Shown here: positions 52,597 through 63,694 of the stretch, in pieces
Layout: every line of letters starts with the position of its first letter
Numbering within the stretch: the first letter of the stretch is position 1
Source of the DNA: an uncultured cyanobacterium
GTDB taxonomy: Bacteria; Cyanobacteriota; Cyanobacteriia; Phormidesmidales; Phormidesmidaceae
Reading direction: 5' to 3'
NCBI GenBank assembly: GCA_963793265.1
Contig: CAWBZI010000001.1
Location: 640,001-704,000, forward strand
DNA length: 64,000 nt
Made by a program: the position numbers and the translations under genes
The notes under the pieces: model-generated
What the model saw: only the letters and a program-made list of their open reading frames with translations
Database searches by the model: none
What the model was told of the DNA's origin: nothing

Positions 52597-53343
52597 CTAA
52601 AGCCCTCCGGTCACATCAATGAATGAACCTGTCGTATACGAAGCCTCGTCCGACAGCAGCCAAAGCACCGCGCGAGCCACTTCTTCAGCCTCACCGCCGC
52701 GCTGCATCGGCACCTTATACTTAACGCGATTCACCCGGTTCGGCTCGCCGCCGCTCGCATGAATATCTGTGTAAATCATGCTTGGACGAACTGCATTCAC
52801 CCGAATTCCTTCAGTGGCGACTTCTCTAGCTAGCCCTACTGTCATCGTATCGATTGCACCTTTAGAAGCAGCGTAATCTACATATTCACTAGGCGAACCC
52901 GAACGAGCCGCGCCAGAAGAAACATTAACAATCGCGCCACCTTTCCCACCGTGTATCGTAGACATCCGTTTGACTGCTTCTTTCGCGCACAAAAAGCTAC
53001 CCGTGATATTCGCTGCAAACACTCGGTTTAAGCGGACGGCATCCATGTTCTCCACACGCATCTGCGGCTCTAAAATACCTGCGTTGTTTACCAATGCTGT
53101 TACCGCGCCTAATTGTTCGTCTACCTGACTGAACAGATGGTGCACGTCTGCTTCTGAAGCGATATCGGCAGCGATCACAATTACCTTCCGCCCGCTCTGC
53201 CGAATAGAGTCAGCAACACCCTCAGCCGCCTCTCGATTACGGCGATAGCTAACACAAACATCGTAGCCTCTCGCCGCAGCCAAACGAGCCGTCGCCGCAC
53301 CGATACCGCGCCCGCCCCCAGTCACGATCATTACCCGATCCAT
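52597..53343 (-). CDS. SDR family oxidoreductase (YgfF-like)
   Basis: TGGGRGIG, NNAG and YAASK. Confidence 0.93.
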   Translation of the reverse strand: MDRVMIVTGGGRGIGAATARLAAARGYDVCVSYRRNREAAEGVADSIRQSGRKVIVIAADIASEADVHHLFSQVDEQLGAVTALVNNAGILEPQMRVENMDAVRLNRVFAANITGSFLCAKEAVKRMSTIHGGKGGAIVNVSSGAARSGSPSEYVDYAASKGAIDTMTVGLAREVATEGIRVNAVRPSMIYTDIHASGGEPNRVNRVKYKVPMQRGGEAEEVARAVLWLLSDEASYTTGSFIDVTGGL

Positions 53344-53365
53344 TACCGACAGCTCCTTTGCAAGA

Positions 53366-53818
53366 TCACCTGTCAGCGTCAGGCAATCTCTGCACTTCTA
53401 CATCAATCGTCGTCGCTGAGGTATCGCCAAGTTCTACCGGTGTACTCTGCACATTCGATGCCTGCACATCCACCGCCTGAATATCAATCACCCCTTCAGG
53501 GGCCGACCGCTCAAATCCATCGCCCGTCACCGCCAGCTCTGTACCGCAATTAGGACAAGGCATCTTTGAATTTTTCAGGCCCGCCAGCGTCTGAGAACAA
53601 ACCGGACAGCTCCCGTTAACCAAGTTGCGCTTTACCCAAAACTGAAGGGCAAAAAAGGCTAGGACAGGTGCGAGTACTACAAACAGCACAATCGCGAAAA
53701 CTGACTTAATCAGGCCGCCAATACCGATCGCCCCAATCAGCCAGAATGCACCCAGAACAAACAGCCAGCAGCCCAAACCGGGAAATCGAACCTGTAGCTG
53801 ATTAAAATTTTGATTCAC
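53366..53818 (-). CDS. Membrane protein with a Zn-ribbon (hypothetical)
   Basis: Two TM helices plus CPVC...CPNCG. Confidence 0.78.
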   Translation of the reverse strand: MNQNFNQLQVRFPGLGCWLFVLGAFWLIGAIGIGGLIKSVFAIVLFVVLAPVLAFFALQFWVKRNLVNGSCPVCSQTLAGLKNSKMPCPNCGTELAVTGDGFERSAPEGVIDIQAVDVQASNVQSTPVELGDTSATTIDVEVQRLPDADR

Positions 53819-53924
53819 GGTTGTCGTACCTCACCAGTGAGGAAAATTACTTCGATGTATACACCCCATCGTAGTGCTAAGCACAACCAGCGCAAAGCTG
53901 GCAAACCGTACCAATCTTGCCAAA

Positions 53925-55043
53925 CTAGCCAACCTCTAGCAGTTCGCCCAGCCGACTTACCAATGCTGGAGCGCTAAAGTTTGCTAGGCTCTCTTGCCGC
54001 AGCCACAGCCCATCGCATCGCTGATCCTTACCGCTCAACGCTTCAATACAAGCCGCTGCCACTGCTTCAGAATCTCGATAAGGCACCTGCCAACCAACGC
54101 GTCCATCTTGCAGCGGATCGGCTGAGCCATCATCATCACCAGCAACCACAGGAATACCGCAGGCCATTGCTTCTAAATAAACAATGCCAAAGCCTTCCTT
54201 AGAAGGCATCACGTACACGTCAGCCATTCGGTAGTGGTCTATCAGCTCATCGTCTGGCACAAAGCCCGCAAAAACAACGCGATCAGCAACGCCCAGATCA
54301 GCTGCTAGCTTCGCCAAACGCGGCTGGTCGTCGCCTCGTCCAATCACCACATATTTCACATTAGGAAAGGCAGCAGCAATTTTAGGCAGGGCGCGAATTG
54401 TGACATCAACGCCCTTATAAATGTCACCGGGCCAAAGGCGAGCGACCGTTGTTAAGACGCGCGAGTCTTGTAGTTGATAGCGCTCTACTAAAGCCTCTGG
54501 CGCGGCTCCTGGCGTAAAGATGCTGCCATCGACGACACAGGGAAGCATGTCAAATTTTTCTTTGGGCACATGATTAGCCTGATGGGCTAAGTCCCGGCTA
54601 TAGCGGCTGATTGTCCACACGCGGTCAGCCATAGACAGCGCTTTTTGGTCTTTATCGGGTAGCTCGTACCAAACCTCCTTGCCGTAGGTCAGTAGGGTAT
54701 AAGGAATTCTGAGCGCGCGGCACAGCGGGCCGACCATCGGCGCTAGGTTGATATGGCCGCAAAAAACCCGCTCGGGCCGGTAGCGAATGAGATAAGTCAG
54801 CAGTGATAGGGTTAGCTGAACCCGGCCTGTCATCGGGCGATCGCTCTGGAAGTAATGATAGCTAAGACTGCCGCCCTGCAAGGAATGCGGCATCTCAGGA
54901 TCCCTGAGCAAAAACACATCCGCCCTCATGCCCTTATCACTCTGGCGCGCAAGCTGATCGTAAGCGCCCAAAATATCTTTTATATAAGATTGAATTCCAC
55001 CTTCGCAGCCAAACACCTCCAAAAATACAAACACATGTCTCAT
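53925..55043 (-). CDS. Glycosyltransferase family 4
   Basis: YKGVD and EGFGIVYLEAMACG. Confidence 0.93.
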   Translation of the reverse strand: MRHVFVFLEVFGCEGGIQSYIKDILGAYDQLARQSDKGMRADVFLLRDPEMPHSLQGGSLSYHYFQSDRPMTGRVQLTLSLLTYLIRYRPERVFCGHINLAPMVGPLCRALRIPYTLLTYGKEVWYELPDKDQKALSMADRVWTISRYSRDLAHQANHVPKEKFDMLPCVVDGSIFTPGAAPEALVERYQLQDSRVLTTVARLWPGDIYKGVDVTIRALPKIAAAFPNVKYVVIGRGDDQPRLAKLAADLGVADRVVFAGFVPDDELIDHYRMADVYVMPSKEGFGIVYLEAMACGIPVVAGDDDGSADPLQDGRVGWQVPYRDSEAVAAACIEALSGKDQRCDGLWLRQESLANFSAPALVSRLGELLEVG

Positions 55044-55044
55044 C

Positions 55045-56034
55045 CTACTTAGCTCCTACAGGGGCAACGGTTCCAGCCTTTAAACGCGCCAGATCCGCCT
55101 GCACCATTTTAGCTACCAATGCCTCGAAACTAACCTGAGGCTCCCAGCCTAAATTCTGCTTAGCCTTCGTTGGATCGGCCACAAGCTGAAAGTGCTCATC
55201 CTCCCGAATCAGTCCCGGATCGACTTCCGCATACTTCTGCCAGTCCAAATCAACGCAGTCAAAGGCAGCAGCCACCAAATCTCGAACCGTATGCAATACG
55301 CCCGTACCAATCACGTAGTCTTCAGCCTGCTCAGCTTGGAGCATTCGCCACATAGCCTCCACATGATCGCCTGCAAACCCCCAGTCCCGTTTGGCGTCTA
55401 AGTTACCGATTGAGAGGCGATCGCTCAACCCTAATTTGATAGAGGCTGCTGCCAAGGAAATCTTACGGGTGACAAACTGCGGCGGACGGCGCGGCGACTC
55501 GTGGTTGAATAAAATGCCGCTACAGGCAAATAGATTGTAGCGATCGCGATGATGAACCATTGTCCAGTGGGCATGTAGCTTTGCAGCGCCATAAGGATTC
55601 TTGGGTCGAAATGGCGTTTCAGATGTCTGTGGAGCAGATTGAACATCGCCAAAGATCTCTGAAGAACTCGCCTGATAGAACCGAGTCGGCAGTCCTAACT
55701 GCCGCGTGGCACTCAACAGCCGAGTCGCCGTACCTGTGACTAAATCAAGCGTACCGAGCGGATCTTCCCAGGAAGCAGGCACAAAACTAGGCGCAGCTAA
55801 GTTGTAAATCTCAGTCGGCTGTAACTGCTTTACCGCCTTAGTGAGCGCCGCCGCATCGGTCAAATTCACTGCATAGATCTCAACCTGATCGGCTAGATCA
55901 TCCAGTTTTGCAACGCTACTTTGCCGTGCAGGCGGCACCAGTCCGACAACGCGGTAGCCCTTACCCAACATCAACCGGCTCAGGTAGTAGCCATCCTGCC
56001 CCGTTATCCCCGTGATCAGTGCAGTTTTCGTCAT
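55045..56034 (-). CDS. gmd: GDP-mannose 4,6-dehydratase
   Basis: ITGITGQDG, QASSSE, YGAAK and FNHESPRR. Confidence 0.92.
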   Translation of the reverse strand: MTKTALITGITGQDGYYLSRLMLGKGYRVVGLVPPARQSSVAKLDDLADQVEIYAVNLTDAAALTKAVKQLQPTEIYNLAAPSFVPASWEDPLGTLDLVTGTATRLLSATRQLGLPTRFYQASSSEIFGDVQSAPQTSETPFRPKNPYGAAKLHAHWTMVHHRDRYNLFACSGILFNHESPRRPPQFVTRKISLAAASIKLGLSDRLSIGNLDAKRDWGFAGDHVEAMWRMLQAEQAEDYVIGTGVLHTVRDLVAAAFDCVDLDWQKYAEVDPGLIREDEHFQLVADPTKAKQNLGWEPQVSFEALVAKMVQADLARLKAGTVAPVGAK

Positions 56035-56146
56035 AGGCTTTTTAAATAGTCAGGCGTACGGAACCAAAAGTAGAGCAATCTCAATCGGCCTCAAGGTTCC
56101 ATTTAATACTGTGCGGCAGGCGATCGCGACACCGCAACCCTATAGT

Positions 56147-56680
56147 TCACACAATCTTTGACGTTTTTACAATTCTCAGGCGGTTGCGCTGAACTTGGGA
56201 ACGCGCTTGCGATCGCTCTATCTGCTCTGGCGTGTTCTGGTCTATTGCCGTCTGCTCAGAATCATAGGTAACCTGATCGGCTAGTCTACGCAGCAAAAAC
56301 CAGCCATAGCCCCCCTCTCTTAATGATCCAGGTTCCGGTTCATTGAGACTTTCAGGGTCAAAAGGAGGCCCCTGATCCAAAATATGAATTTCAATAATAT
56401 TAGCGTTAGACTTGCCAAGCTGAACCCAAAGCTCCACCTCAATCGGCGTACTGCTAGGAAGCTCGGCATGTGCGTGTCGAACAGCATTGGTAAAGCCTTC
56501 AGCCAGCGCCAGGTTCAACTTATCAAACTGACGATTGAGCGAAGGATACTCTGCTGCTAAGTCATTGTATAGAGCTTGAAACCACTTCTGTACAGTTGAT
56601 AGCTCTTCTAAATGGCTGCTGACCGATAGACGAGCCTGTTTATGCATCTTTCTAAATTCAGCGCTCCTTGTACGTTTCAC
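56147..56680 (-). CDS. RsbW-like anti-sigma factor / HATPase_c Ser kinase
   Basis: LALAEGFTNAVRHA, DQG and GGYGWFLL. Confidence 0.88.
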   Translation of the reverse strand: MKRTRSAEFRKMHKQARLSVSSHLEELSTVQKWFQALYNDLAAEYPSLNRQFDKLNLALAEGFTNAVRHAHAELPSSTPIEVELWVQLGKSNANIIEIHILDQGPPFDPESLNEPEPGSLREGGYGWFLLRRLADQVTYDSEQTAIDQNTPEQIERSQARSQVQRNRLRIVKTSKIV

Positions 56681-56747
56681 CTTAACTAGATAATGTCGAA
56701 TTTGTAGTTGTGCTTCATTAAAGCAACCTTAGCAGTCATTCAATATG

Positions 56748-56783
56748 AAAATCGCCCAGATTCCGAAGAGTCTGAGCGATTTT
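56748..56783 (-). terminator. petBD terminator hairpin
   Basis: AAAATCGCCCAGA...TCTGAGCGATTTT. Confidence 0.6.
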
Positions 56784-56840
56784 GAGCTTTAGAAAGGCAT
56801 ACATACCTTACAAAAGAAGAAGTCTAATGCTTCCGTACGC

Positions 56841-57323
56841 TTAGAAAAGACCCAGCGTCAAAGAAGTGTCGATCGGGAACGTAGCGCCAATACCCAGCCA
56901 TAGCGTTGCAAATGTACCAAACAGGAACACAGCCGTTGCAATAGGGCGACGGAATGGGTTTTGGAACTTGTTGACGTTCTCAATGAAGGGAACAAGGATC
57001 AGGCCCAAAGGAATAGCCGTCATTGCTGCAATCCCTAGCAGCTTGTTAGGCAGTACGCGCAGCATTTGGAACGTTGGGTACAGGTACCACTCAGGCAAAA
57101 TTTCCAGCGGCGTTGCAAATGGGTTTGCAGGCTCGCCAACCAAAGCAGGATCAAGAACTGCTAGACCTACGCAGCAGGCAATCGTACCCATGATTACGAT
57201 TGGGAAAACGTAGAGAAGGTCGTTAGGCCAAGCGGGCTCACCGTAGTAGTTGTGACCCATGCCCTTCTTGAGCTTCTCTCTGAGCATAGGATCGGTTAGA
57301 TCTGGCTTCTTGAGAATTGACAT
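56841..57323 (-). CDS. petD: Cytochrome b6f subunit IV
   Basis: [14 protein letters not shown] and PEWY. Confidence 0.99.
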   Translation of the reverse strand: MSILKKPDLTDPMLREKLKKGMGHNYYGEPAWPNDLLYVFPIVIMGTIACCVGLAVLDPALVGEPANPFATPLEILPEWYLYPTFQMLRVLPNKLLGIAAMTAIPLGLILVPFIENVNKFQNPFRRPIATAVFLFGTFATLWLGIGATFPIDTSLTLGLF

Positions 57324-57491
57324 CGATATACTTCCTAAAAATTAATGACACCAACAGCTAGTACTTAGTTTAGCCTGAGCCGTTACACCTCTAACACCTT
57401 CATAGGAAAGATTAACTGCATAACGGCCCTGGCTTATACCGAGTAGTCGCGAGCGCTGGCAACACGCGACTCAAATCTTCAAATCGCGCCT

Positions 57492-58160
57492 TTACAAGGG
57501 GCCAGAGATGCCCTGCTTGCGAATCATAATGAAGTGCAAAAGCATGAAGACGGCGATGAACCATGGCAATACGAACGTATGCAGGCTGTAGAAACGAGTA
57601 AGCGTTGCTTGACCTACACTCTCGCTACCACGCATCAGCTCAACAATGGTGCTGCCGACAACCGGAATGGCGCTAGGCACACCCGATACAATCTTCACAG
57701 CCCAGTAGCCAACCTGATCCCAAGGGAGAGAGTAGCCAGTCACGCCGAAAGAAACGGTGATAACCGCGAGGATTACGCCCGTGACCCAAGTTAGCTCACG
57801 GGGCTTTTTGAAGCCGCCTGTGAGGTACACGCGGAACACGTGCAGGATCATCACAAGCACCATCATGCTGGCGCTCCAGCGGTGAACAGAGCGAATGAGC
57901 CAGCCGAAGTTTACATCGGTCATGAGGTACTGCACGGAAGCAAATGCGTCCGTTACAGTAGGCCGATAGTAAAAGGTCATCGCAAAGCCAGTGGCAAATT
58001 GGATGATGAAGCAGACGAGGGTGATCCCTCCCAAGCAGTAGAAGATGTTGACGTGGGGCGGAACGTATTTGCTAGAAATATCGTCGGCCAGCGCCTGGAT
58101 TTCTAGCCGCTCATCGAACCACTGATAGGTTTTGGAGTCGGTGACTTGCTTAGTAAACAT
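57492..58160 (-). CDS. petB: Cytochrome b6
   Basis: MFTKQVTDS start, [15 protein letters not shown] and KQGISGPL. Confidence 0.99.
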   Translation of the reverse strand: MFTKQVTDSKTYQWFDERLEIQALADDISSKYVPPHVNIFYCLGGITLVCFIIQFATGFAMTFYYRPTVTDAFASVQYLMTDVNFGWLIRSVHRWSASMMVLVMILHVFRVYLTGGFKKPRELTWVTGVILAVITVSFGVTGYSLPWDQVGYWAVKIVSGVPSAIPVVGSTIVELMRGSESVGQATLTRFYSLHTFVLPWFIAVFMLLHFIMIRKQGISGPL

Positions 58161-58573
58161 GAAGCAAAAATTTATGTCTGAAGGGTTTGTACCAATACTA
58201 AAAAATGTAACACAGTCAAAGGGTTCCAACCCAGTAAGCGCGGCAATAGTTGGCGATAGACTCAGCTCTATCTGAGCGGAACCATCAATTTTTCTCTCAG
58301 GATTCCTCTCGTAATTTGCGTACTCTTGGCGCTCTCAGGGCGTTTTTGACAGACAAATCAGTATCACTCCAAACAATTTGGAAGGCAACTTTAAGAAAAA
58401 CAAATATTTCGTATACTTTACATACCTTCATAGAAGCCGTCTGACAGATAGGACGTTGGCGAGAAAGGGTGAGATATTTGCGATCGCCCAGTCACTTTCA
58501 AGTCAGGCTGTATCTTAGTAAAGAGGGCACTTTCATTAATGATGTTATTGGCTTGAGACGTTTGCTGAACTTT

Positions 58574-59915
58574 ATGAGAAGACGGATTTTTCGAGCGGTG
58601 GCGGCGGTAGGTTTGACAATCACACTTTGGAGTAGCTCACTGCTGGTAGGCTCACTCGGCCTGTCAAACGGTGTGCCAAACAGCTTACTTAGTCGTATAG
58701 ATACCGCTGGAACCGCGCTGGCCTTTACCAATCAGCAGCAGATGGTGATGGAGGTGTGGCGCATCGTTAACCGTAGCTACGTCGATGAAACGTTTAATCA
58801 TCAAAACTGGTGGTTTTTGCGGCAGAAGGTGCTGCGTAAGCAACTGCCAACCTGGGATGAGACGTACACTGCCATTCAAGAAATGCTGGCCGTGCTAGAC
58901 GACCCTTACACGCGCTTTTTACCGCCTGAGCAGTATCAAAGCTTGCAGACAAATACGAACGGTGAGCTGCTGGGCGTAGGTCTACAAATTGCTAAGAGCG
59001 AGGAAATGGCGAATCTGCGAGTGATCGCGCCCATCGAGGGATCGCCAGCGGAGGCCGCAGGCATTTTGCCTCAAGATGAAATCTTAGAGATTAACGGGAC
59101 GCCGACAAACAGTATCAGCTTGGATGAGGCCGCTGCTCGGATGCGGGGATCGATTGGTAGCCAGGTGGCTTTGAAGGTGGGCAGGGAAGGTCAGGAGCCT
59201 TTTGAAGTGAGTGTGAGACGCGATCGCATCGAAATCAATCCTGTCTCAGCCGAGCTACGCGCAGAAGCCGGTTTGCCTAAGCTAGGCTACGTGCGGCTTG
59301 GACAGTTCAACGGCAATGCCGCCGATGAGCTGAAGTCATCACTTAAAGACTTGGAGAAGCAGGGAGCTGACGCCTACATTCTGGACTTAAGAAATAACCC
59401 TGGCGGGCTGCTCAACGCGGGCATTGAGATTGCTAGGATGTGGATGGACGAAGGCACCGTAGTTTATACCGTGAACCGTCAGGGCGGGCTCGGTAACTAC
59501 GACGCTATTGGTAAGGCAATTACAGACGATCCGTTAGTTGTGCTGGTGAATAAAGGCACCGCTAGCGCCAGTGAAATCTTAGCGGGCGCTTTGCAAGATA
59601 ACGGACGGGCACAGCTCGTGGGAGAAACGACGTTTGGGAAAGGTCTAATTCAGTCGTCTGTTCGATTTGCCTAATGGAGCGGGGCTAGCGGTAACCATCG
59701 CTAAATACGAGACGCCGAATCATCACGACATTAATAAGCTCGGTATTACGCCTGATGAAACGGTAGAGACTTCTGTGGAGCTGCGAAAGCAGTTTGGCAC
59801 GGAGGAGGATGCGCAGTATAGAGCAGCGATCGCCCTACTCTCAAAGTCGTTTGGCTTAGAGCAAACCGAGTCAGAAACACTGGCCGCAAAACCCCTAGCG
59901 GCGGCGCAGAAGTAA
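58574..59915 (+). CDS. ctpA: Carboxyl-terminal processing protease (S41), with a +1 frameshift near 59657 (probable sequencing error)
   Basis: PDZ, DLRNNPGG, TASASE and TFGKG; deleting one base gives QSLFDLPNGAGLAVT; divergent from petBD as is usual. Confidence 0.9.
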
Positions 59916-59919
59916 ACCC

Positions 59920-61194
59920 GTGACCGGAACCACTCGCACCTACCACGACCCGCTCCACGGTGCGATTACGCTAAACACCGCTGACCCTGTAGAAGCGCTG
60001 CTGACGAAGCTAATAGAAACTAGCGCCTTTCAACGGCTGCGGCGAATTCGGCAGCTTGGGCCAGCGAGCCTGGTTTTTCATGGGGCAGAAATGTCTCGGT
60101 TCACCCATTCACTGGGCGTGATGGCCGTCGCGCGTAGGGCCTTTGATCGCTTGGCTAGTCTGCATCCCGAACTGCTGGAGCATCGAGCCACGGTGTTGTG
60201 TGCGGCGCTACTACACGACATTGGGCATGGGCCTTTTAGCCATACTGCCGAAGAGGTATTTGGCTCTCATCACGAAGAATGGACGATGGCGATTGTGGCG
60301 CGATCGCCCGAAGTACGCACTCTGTTAGATAGCTACCACCTCGATCTATGGCAATGGATCAGCCAGTCTTATGAGCACACCCATCCTGTACCCTGCGTGT
60401 GGCAGTTGGTGTCTAGTCAGTTGGATTGCGATCGCATCGACTACCTCATGCGAGACAGCTATTTCACAGGCGCTTCTTACGGCCAGCTCGATCTCGACCG
60501 AATTTTGCTCGCGCTCAACTACGACCCAACCAATCAACAGCTCGTCGTAGAGCGAAAAGGCTTAGCGGCAATTGAGCACTACTTAGTCGTGCGCTCATTC
60601 ATGTACGCCCAAATTTACAACCATCCGAAGAACCTCTCAGCGACCTGGGTACTAGAGCAGGTTTTTAGCCGCGCGCGCGAGCTAATGAAACGGGGCGAGC
60701 TAGAGGCCGATCCCACCGTGACCGACTGGCTACTCAAACCCATGCAAGAAATTTCTCTATCGCGATATTTAGAAAGCGACGATATCGTCTTTACCTATCA
60801 CGTGCAGCGCTGGCAGCACCACAACGACCCTACCCTGTCTGACTTTTGCAGCAGATACCTCAATCGCAGGCTGCTTAAAGCACTAGAAGTAACCTACGCA
60901 ACGCCTGATGAGCAAGAAAAATTGCTAGCGAACGTACAGCAGCAGCTAGCCGACGAAGGCGTTGAAGCCCATCGATACAGCGGCCTTCGCGACACTTGGA
61001 GTAAGGGCTATAAGATCTATCAAGAAGGCATCAAAATTAAGACCAGGCGCGGGCTGATAGAGATCAATCAGCTTTCGCCTTTAGTTCAAACACTGGCTAA
61101 GCCTGCGCAGCGAACCTGGCTAATTTATCCGAGTGAAGTCGCGGTGGAAGTGTGCCCGTTGCCTGAAGAAAGCGTGGATATGCCCGCCGATTAG
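59920..61194 (+). CDS. HD domain phosphohydrolase (dNTPase-like)
   Basis: FQRLRRIRQLG, RFTHSLG, LLHDIGHGPFSH and DCDRIDYL. Confidence 0.92.
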   Translation: MTGTTRTYHDPLHGAITLNTADPVEALLTKLIETSAFQRLRRIRQLGPASLVFHGAEMSRFTHSLGVMAVARRAFDRLASLHPELLEHRATVLCAALLHDIGHGPFSHTAEEVFGSHHEEWTMAIVARSPEVRTLLDSYHLDLWQWISQSYEHTHPVPCVWQLVSSQLDCDRIDYLMRDSYFTGASYGQLDLDRILLALNYDPTNQQLVVERKGLAAIEHYLVVRSFMYAQIYNHPKNLSATWVLEQVFSRARELMKRGELEADPTVTDWLLKPMQEISLSRYLESDDIVFTYHVQRWQHHNDPTLSDFCSRYLNRRLLKALEVTYATPDEQEKLLANVQQQLADEGVEAHRYSGLRDTWSKGYKIYQEGIKIKTRRGLIEINQLSPLVQTLAKPAQRTWLIYPSEVAVEVCPLPEESVDMPAD

Positions 61195-61198
61195 GCTT

Positions 61199-61951
61199 TT
61201 ACAATCCAGCAGAAGCCATCTTCAAAGCCTCCCAATCAACAGATTGGAGCTGGGTATAAGCTTGAGCAATCTTTTTCTCACCACGTAGAAAGCCGGTGCT
61301 AGCGCCTGGGCAAATGTAGCTGAGATTGTCAGGGGTGAAGTCGATGAGAAGCTGCTGAGCGTGGCGGAGTTGACGCGGCCAGTGGAAGGTTTTTGAAAGT
61401 CGGAGCGGAGCGGGTATGCCTTCGCGGGTGGGGAGTAGGTGACGGCCCGTGAAGAGGATGCCACCGCGGCTGCTGTGATAGAGGCAGGCGGAGCCGGGGG
61501 AGTGTCCGGGATTCCAGACGACGCGGCTGGTAGGGGAAAGCTGGTGATCGCGATGAAATGTCTCAGTTTTTACAGTGGGCAGCAAGTACGCCTCCTGCTC
61601 TTGAATGAGCACCTGGCAGTCAAATACTTTTTGAAACTCAGGCACCTGTGCCATACCGCCGCGATGCGTGATAAACAGCGTGCTGATGCCGCCGCTTGCT
61701 GTGATGAAATCTTGATGCGTTTCATTCAAGGCGGGGCAGTCCACGAGGATGTTGACGCTGTTACCTGCTGCGTCTTTTTCGCAGATGAGATAGGCCGTGC
61801 CGCCTAGCGTTTCGCGGTTTGGCGGGAAAGCAAAAATGTCAGGGGCATCACGGGAGATATCACGGGAGATATCACCGGGGATATCGCTGGGGGCATCCGC
61901 TGTCGAAGCAGATGTAAAAACAGGCTGGGGGGCTTTGGTCGAAACCGGCAT
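61199..61951 (-). CDS. MBL-fold metallo-hydrolase
   Basis: FPPNRETLGGTAY, ITHRG and PGHSPGS. Confidence 0.85.
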   Translation of the reverse strand: MPVSTKAPQPVFTSASTADAPSDIPGDISRDISRDAPDIFAFPPNRETLGGTAYLICEKDAAGNSVNILVDCPALNETHQDFITASGGISTLFITHRGGMAQVPEFQKVFDCQVLIQEQEAYLLPTVKTETFHRDHQLSPTSRVVWNPGHSPGSACLYHSSRGGILFTGRHLLPTREGIPAPLRLSKTFHWPRQLRHAQQLLIDFTPDNLSYICPGASTGFLRGEKKIAQAYTQLQSVDWEALKMASAGL

Positions 61952-62047
61952 GGGTGAGCGCTCTAAATAAAAAGAAAAGGCTGAGTGACTGACCTACAAT
62001 GTGTCAAGTATGCAGTTATTGCAAATGCGATCGCGAGCGAAGTTTTC

Positions 62048-63625
62048 ATGCCTCTTGTTTTACTGGCTCTGTTTTTAGGATTAGTAACCTATTTGGTGAT
62101 TAGCCGTAGCTTCACCAATATGACCACAACGCCCATCTGGATGCTCTGGCTGGTGATGATGACACCTGTGCTAGTGCTAACCCTATGGATGTTGATCAAT
62201 GGAGAAGAGCCACCGCCCCCTATTTTGATCTACGGCCTGCTAATTTTGTGCCCGCTGCTGTACGCGGTGATGATTATGGTAGGCACCTCTAGTCAAAAAG
62301 GTAAGTCGGGGAAAAAAGACGCCGCTGGTGATAAAACGCTGGCACAGAAAACGGCTCAAAATCAGGTCAAGGCTCAGCCCAAGGCGAAGACAAAGCCAAT
62401 CACCAGGGATGAAGAGACGTTACTACAACGATGCTTTCCCTGGTCAATTTACTACCTGCAAGATATTGAATATCGCCCTCAAGCGATGATCTGCAAGGGT
62501 AAGCTCAAAACGTCGCCCGGTGAAGCGTATCAGGCCGTTCAAGAAAACGTAGAGAGCAGCTTTGGCGATCGCTTCCTGGTGCTTTTTCAGGAGGGTCTAA
62601 ACGGCATTCCTTTCTTTGCCCTCGTGCCTAACCCCCAGTCTAAAACGCCGCCCGTCCCGGTTCCACCCGACGCCGACGCCGCTGAGGCTAATCCCATTAA
62701 GGAGATACAGGCAGCTCATGCGGCTCGCCTCCGAAAGTTAAATGAATCAAAGCTAACGCGCCCAGGGCTGGCGATCGCACTGGCAATTACAACCCTGGTC
62801 ACCACCACCTTTGCAGGCATCGCCTTTATCGGCGGCGTGGAAGATCCACAGGCGCTTCAAGCCGACCCGACGCTACTAAGACAGGGATTTGCCTACGGCC
62901 TCTCGTTGATGTTCATTTTGGGCGTTCATGAAAGCGGCCATTATCTGGCAACGCGCTATCACAAGCTCAGATCTACGCTGCCGTATTTTATTCCAGTCCC
63001 TTTCTTTTTGGGCACATTTGGCGCGTTTATTCAGATGCGATCGCCCATGCCCAACCGCCGAGCCCTATTCGATATCGGCATTTCAGGCCCGCTCTCAGGC
63101 TTAGTCGTCAGCCTCCCCATTTTGTTTTGGGGATTAGCCAATTCCACCATCGTGCCGTTAGGCGACGAGTCTCAGCTTTTTACCTTTGAAACGCTTGATC
63201 CAAGCCGTTCGCTACTGCTACTTGTCATTAGCAAGATAGCCTTGGGCAGCGCGCTATTAGCCGACAGTGCGATCAACCTGCATCCACTCGCCATATCAGG
63301 CTGCTTGGGTCTGATCGTCACGGCCCTAAACTTGATGCCTGTTGGGCAGCTAGACGGTGGTCACATCGTTCATGCGATGTATGGACAGCGAACAGCGGCA
63401 ATCGTGAGCCAGGTGGCTAAGCTGCTGATGCTGCTACTGTCTTTTGCCTATCAGGAGTACTTCTTGTGGGCGATATTGCTGCTGTTTATTCCGCCCGCCG
63501 AGCCTGCTCTTAACGATGTGAGCGAACTCAATGGGCCCCGTGACTTTTTAGGGCTCGCTGCCTTAGCCCTGTTGGTGCTGATTATTTTACCTGCGCCTGC
63601 CTCACTGTCCAGGCTGCTGTTTTAA
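62048..63625 (+). CDS. Site-2 protease family (M50) protein
   Basis: HESGH and NLMPVGQLDGG. Confidence 0.93.
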   Translation: MPLVLLALFLGLVTYLVISRSFTNMTTTPIWMLWLVMMTPVLVLTLWMLINGEEPPPPILIYGLLILCPLLYAVMIMVGTSSQKGKSGKKDAAGDKTLAQKTAQNQVKAQPKAKTKPITRDEETLLQRCFPWSIYYLQDIEYRPQAMICKGKLKTSPGEAYQAVQENVESSFGDRFLVLFQEGLNGIPFFALVPNPQSKTPPVPVPPDADAAEANPIKEIQAAHAARLRKLNESKLTRPGLAIALAITTLVTTTFAGIAFIGGVEDPQALQADPTLLRQGFAYGLSLMFILGVHESGHYLATRYHKLRSTLPYFIPVPFFLGTFGAFIQMRSPMPNRRALFDIGISGPLSGLVVSLPILFWGLANSTIVPLGDESQLFTFETLDPSRSLLLLVISKIALGSALLADSAINLHPLAISGCLGLIVTALNLMPVGQLDGGHIVHAMYGQRTAAIVSQVAKLLMLLLSFAYQEYFLWAILLLFIPPAEPALNDVSELNGPRDFLGLAALALLVLIILPAPASLSRLLF

Positions 63626-63694
63626 CCGCTTTTTGCCAGCTTTGCCGTAAGCTGCTGAGTAATGAGGATGTGATCGTCAAGAGGAGAATGGTTG

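Noticed and set aside
58161..58229. N-terminal extensions of PetB (and of RpmI, 48186-48245)
   Set aside because: Artefacts of longest-ORF calling; canonical ATG starts lie downstream
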